Sequence record: MH445380.1
Source of the DNA: Escherichia phage P1
Length of the DNA: 64,000 bases
Reading direction: 5' to 3' (one strand)
Part shown: positions 60,157 through 64,000 of the stretch, piece by piece
Layout of the letters: each line of letters opens with the position of its first letter
Numbering within the stretch: position 1 is the first letter of the stretch
Program-made: the position numbers and the translations under genes
The notes under the pieces: model-generated
What the model was told of the DNA's origin: nothing
The model's database searches: none
Seen by the model: only the letters and a program-made list of their open reading frames with translations

Positions 60157-60340
60157 ATTAATGGCACGCAAATACAACAAGTTGTCCCGTGAAGCGTTAA
60201 AGATGCTTCTTGATGGCGTGAGTCGCCGCAAGGTAAAGCAATACCTGGTTGGTAAGCAAATTGGTGCCAGGACAGCTATTGCTGTGTTATGCCGTCAGGA
60301 AATGGTTGTGCTTAAACAGAGAATGCCGGGCAGCAGATAA
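60140..60340 (+). CDS. Small basic protein downstream of doc
   Basis: 66-aa ORF overlapping the doc end. Confidence 0.35.
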
Positions 60341-60367
60341 AGCCCAATCAGTGATTAAAGGTGTGAT

Positions 60368-61411
60368 GTGAAAGCCGTAATTACTCCATTTGTACAGAAA
60401 GAGCTTGGCCTCGCCACGTTCAAAGTGGATCAGGAGGTCAGAAAGCTGGTGGAGGCTGGCCGTAAATTTATTATGGAGCCGGTGCCGCGTGAGTTAATCG
60501 AGCACATGGAAGACGGCCTCGTTGTTACCGAGCAAACCATGGCAACAAATGAGGCGTTGCAGCCGTTTTTTAACAGCGATGAACTGTTTCGCCGTATTGG
60601 TGGAATTGACGCGCTGGTGGCGTGGTTGCGTAGGAAAGAGGGTCAATGCCAGGCCGCAGATCGTAGTTGGTGTGACAACCATATTGTCCACGCTGAACGA
60701 GACAATAGCGCGGTGTTGTTGTGCTGGCATCACGATAACCATTACCGGATGCGTGGTTTTAATGAGCTGAAAGAAACGCTGCACAATAATCGCGTTAACT
60801 GGATACTGGATGTCGCCCGTCAGGAAATGGGCCTTTCAAATAGCCATGATTTAAGTATTCAGGAGCTGTGCTGGTGGGCTTTCATGCGCAACATGATGCA
60901 CCTGATGCCGGAAGAAGTCTGCCGCATATCAATAAATAAGATGAAGGCTACTCCGCAGGATAGCGGACCTCTGAAAGAGGCGGATATTCGCCCGTATGAC
61001 GATCGCGCTACAGCATATGTTCAGATGATGGAAGAACGCGCCGCGCCGATGCGTGCAAAAGTATGCCCTGTGGATGTTGACTCCGACCCTGGCATGGCGC
61101 ATTTCAAAATACCAAAACTGCAATCGCTAAAATTACCTGAGTACATGGACTTTGTTGCTTCCCGTCCATGCTGTGGGTGTGGAGCTGCGGGAGCTGGCGC
61201 TCACATTACGCCTTATATCGTTCGTCATAGTCGATTATGCGCGCATGACATTTACGCAATTCCTCTGTGCCAGTCATGCCAGCGTGATATTGAGCGTGAC
61301 CGCGATAATTGGGAGAAGACGCACGGTAGGTTGGCGATGCATCAACGATTGTTCTTTGATTACGCGCTTGGAGTGGGCGTTATCACAAGTCATTCGTCGA
61401 GTGTTAGATAA
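60368..61411 (+). CDS. Hypothetical Cys/His-rich protein downstream of doc
   Basis: 347-aa ORF; C-terminal [27 protein letters not shown]...CQSCQ cluster suggests a zinc-binding (possibly HNH-like) module. Confidence 0.5.
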   Translation: MKAVITPFVQKELGLATFKVDQEVRKLVEAGRKFIMEPVPRELIEHMEDGLVVTEQTMATNEALQPFFNSDELFRRIGGIDALVAWLRRKEGQCQAADRSWCDNHIVHAERDNSAVLLCWHHDNHYRMRGFNELKETLHNNRVNWILDVARQEMGLSNSHDLSIQELCWWAFMRNMMHLMPEEVCRISINKMKATPQDSGPLKEADIRPYDDRATAYVQMMEERAAPMRAKVCPVDVDSDPGMAHFKIPKLQSLKLPEYMDFVASRPCCGCGAAGAGAHITPYIVRHSRLCAHDIYAIPLCQSCQRDIERDRDNWEKTHGRLAMHQRLFFDYALGVGVITSHSSSVR

Positions 61412-61412
61412 A

Positions 61413-61429
61413 ATTGCTCTAATGTATTG
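61413..61429 (+). promoter_or_regulatory. C1 operator-like site upstream of lpa
   Basis: ATTGCTCTAATGTATTG: the left 11 bp match consensus; a second partial copy ATTGCTATTTC follows. Confidence 0.5.
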
Positions 61430-61499
61430 CTATTTCTTTAATCGAGGGTATTATATTCCACGTTGATTAGTTGACATGGGCTAATCAGTAGGTGACAGG

Positions 61500-61952
61500 A
61501 TGTTACTTAACTGGCAGGGACGCCACTTCATGGAAATAAATCACTCACGAATAACATCGTACGAGATTGCGGATTACATGATCCGCACTAAATCTCTTCT
61601 ATCAGCGAAAGAACTCGCAGCAATTCTTGAAAAGGAATACCCGCATCTGGATGTCGATAAGCGCGATGTTTATCTGCGCTTAAAGGCTATCGCTGTGTCT
61701 AAGTATTCGTCTGTTTTGATAGATGACAGTACACGCCCACGTAGATTTCAGATCCACTCTCTGAATCCTGAATTCTTTCGCCGTAGCCGCGCTCCGCGCC
61801 GGTTTGATGAAAAACTCCAGAACGAACTCTATATGACGCAGGACGAAAAGGAACGCCGGGAGCACCAGCCTTGGGTAATGGCGCGTCAACTTTTCAATAA
61901 GGTGGCCCGTCAGCACCGTCATTACGGTAATGCCACATCCGCACGTATCTGA
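61500..61952 (+). CDS. lpa: Late promoter activator (Lpa-like)
   Basis: 150-aa ORF directly upstream of pacA and preceded by a C1 operator-like site, as for P1 lpa; assignment by position. Confidence 0.55.
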   Translation: MLLNWQGRHFMEINHSRITSYEIADYMIRTKSLLSAKELAAILEKEYPHLDVDKRDVYLRLKAIAVSKYSSVLIDDSTRPRRFQIHSLNPEFFRRSRAPRRFDEKLQNELYMTQDEKERREHQPWVMARQLFNKVARQHRHYGNATSARI

Positions 61953-62037
61953 TTGATTGCTTGCCCGTTCCGGGCCTTTTGACATGTGACTTTCGTTACC
62001 CTCGCGTCAAAAAGAGTTTTTACGAAAGGAAGCATAA

Positions 62038-63231
62038 GTGACCTGGGACGATCACAAGAAGAATTTTGCTCGCCTGGCGCGAGATGGTGGTTACACCATC
62101 GCACAGTATGCCGCCGAGTTTAATCTTAACCCTAATACCGCACGTCGTTATCTCCGTGCCTTCAAAGAAGACACCAGGACTACGGACAGCCGCAAGCCAA
62201 ATAAGCCAGTCAGGAAGCCACTAAAAAGCATGATCATTGATCACTCTAATGATCAACATGCAGGTGATCACATTTCGGCTGAAATAGCGGAAAAACAAAG
62301 AGTTAATGCCGTTGTCAGTGCCGCAGTCGAGAATGCGAAGCGCCAAAATAAGCGCATAAATGATCGTTCAGATGATCATGACGTGATCACCCGCGCCCAC
62401 CGGACCTTACGTGATCGCCTGGAACGCGACACCCTGGATGATGATGGTGAACGCTTTGAATTCGAAGCTGGCGATTACCTGATAGATAACGTTGAAGCGC
62501 GGAAGGCCGCGCGCGCTATGTTGCGTCGGTCCGGGGCCGATGTTCTGGAAACCACTCTTCTGGAAAAGTCTCTTTCTCATCTCCTTATGCTGGAGAACGC
62601 CAGGGATACGTGTATTCGCCTAGTGCAGGAAATGCGCGATCAGCAAAAAGACGATGATGAAGGTACTCCGCCTGAATACCGTATCGCGAGCATGCTAAAC
62701 AGCTGTTCCGCGCAGATAAGCAGCCTGATCAACACCATTTACAGCATCCGGAATAACTATCGAAAAGAAAGCCGGGAGGCGGAAAAGCACGCTTTATCTA
62801 TGGGGCAAGCTGGCATTGTTAAGCTGGCATACGAACGAAAGCGTGAAAATAACTGGTCAGTGCTGGAAGCGGCTGAATTCATCGAGGCGCATGGAGGAAA
62901 AGTGCCTCCCCTGATGCTGGAGCAAATCAAAGCCGATCTGCGTGCTCCTAAGACCAATACCGATGATGAGGAAAACCAAACAGCATCTGGCGCTCCATCA
63001 CTTGAAGATCTGGATAAAATCGCGCGAGAACGGGCCGCCAGCCGCCGCGCTGATGCCGCATTGTGGATTGAGCATCGTAGAGAAGAAATTGCCGATATCG
63101 TCGATACAGGTGGTTATGGTGATGTCGATGCGGAAGGCATATCAAACGAAGCATGGCTTGAACAGGATCTGGACGAAGACGAGGAGGAAGACGAAGAAGT
63201 TACCCGCAAACTGTACGGGGATGATGATTAA
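62038..63231 (+). CDS. pacA: Terminase small subunit / pac-site recognition protein PacA
   Basis: 397-aa ORF (GTG start); N-terminal HTH-like region; the pac site lies inside the gene; acidic C-terminus. Confidence 0.9.
62231..62389. other. pac packaging site (hexanucleotide TGATCA/G clusters containing Dam GATC sites)
   Basis: Four TGATCA elements at 62231-62270 and three TGATC(A/G) at 62361-62389 flank a ~90-bp spacer, the 4+3 arrangement of the P1 pac site. Confidence 0.7.
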
Positions 63232-64000
63232 TGGCCAGAAGTTGCGTAACGGACCCACGTTGGCGCGAGCTTGTGGCGCTATATCGTTATGACTGGATTG
63301 CGGCCGCTGATGTGTTGTTTGGGAAGACACCAACCTGGCAGCAGGATGAGATCATTGAGTCCACGCAGCAGGACGGCAGTTGGACAAGTGTGACCTCCGG
63401 CCATGGTACTGGTAAATCGGATATGACGAGTATCATTGCAATACTCTTCATCATGTTTTTCCCCGGCGCTCGCGTCATTCTGGTCGCTAACAAAAGACAG
63501 CAAGTCCTTGATGGTATTTTCAAATACATAAAGAGCAATTGGGCTACTGCTGTTAGCAGATTCCCGTGGTTGTCAAAGTATTTCATTCTTACAGAAACGT
63601 CTTTTTTTGAGGTGACTGGCAAGGGTGTTTGGACAATATTGATAAAGTCCTGTCGCCCCGGGAATGAGGAGGCGTTGGCTGGTGAACACGCCGATCATCT
63701 CTTGTATATCATCGACGAAGCGTCGGGTGTGAGTGATAAAGCATTCAGTGTGATAACAGGTGCGCTGACCGGTAAGGATAACCGTATTCTGCTTCTTTCC
63801 CAGCCTACGCGACCTTCAGGCTATTTCTACGATTCACACCACAGACTAGCTATTCGCCCGGGAAATCCTGATGGATTGTTTACTGCGATAATACTGAATA
63901 GTGAAGAATCTCCGCTTGTAGATGCAAAATTTATACGAGCAAAACTTGCGGAGTATGGCGGTCGTGATAACCCCATGTACATGATCAAAGTACGTGGTGA
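63231..64000 (+). CDS. pacB: Terminase large subunit PacB (5' part; continues beyond window end)
   Basis: ATG at 63231 overlaps the pacA stop (TAATG); frame stays open to the window end, so it is absent from the ORF track. Translation begins [22 protein letters not shown]. Confidence 0.8.

Overview
The window reads as one contiguous segment of a P1-like temperate phage that is maintained as a plasmid (phage-plasmid); no host chromosomal genes are evident. This identification is from sequence features and recalled P1 organisation only, since no database search could be run. From left to right it contains: (1) a minus-strand virion module with a long tail-fibre gene running off the window start, baseplate-like genes and a 1140-aa Sit-type transglycosylase; (2) two exported proteins at the position of the P1 sim locus; (3) an immunity-I-like region (promoter, c4-like RNA, icd-like ORF, nested ant1/ant2, kilA) and repL; (4) a Hok/Gef type I toxin missing from the ORF track; (5) structural genes, then parS-parB-parA; (6) a T5orf172/GIY-YIG-like gene sitting between the partition operon and an iteron-flanked RepA replicon; (7) a spanin-like overlapped pair, RdgC, a fused C5/N6 DNA methyltransferase, three tRNAs (Asn, Thr, Ile-CAU) among repeated structured elements, an SPFH lipoprotein and a DnaB-type helicase; (8) more minus-strand baseplate genes; (9) a long plus-strand block of small accessory genes; (10) an unassigned two-gene minus-strand operon in an AT-rich island, then a LexA box, humD-phd-doc, lpa, pacA with its pac site, and the start of pacB. 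A 17-bp motif matching the P1 C1 operator consensus recurs at least nine times. The best candidates for something undescribed are the 56.9-59.1 kb island, the T5orf172-like insertion, and the exported-protein pair at the sim position; none could be confirmed by homology search here.
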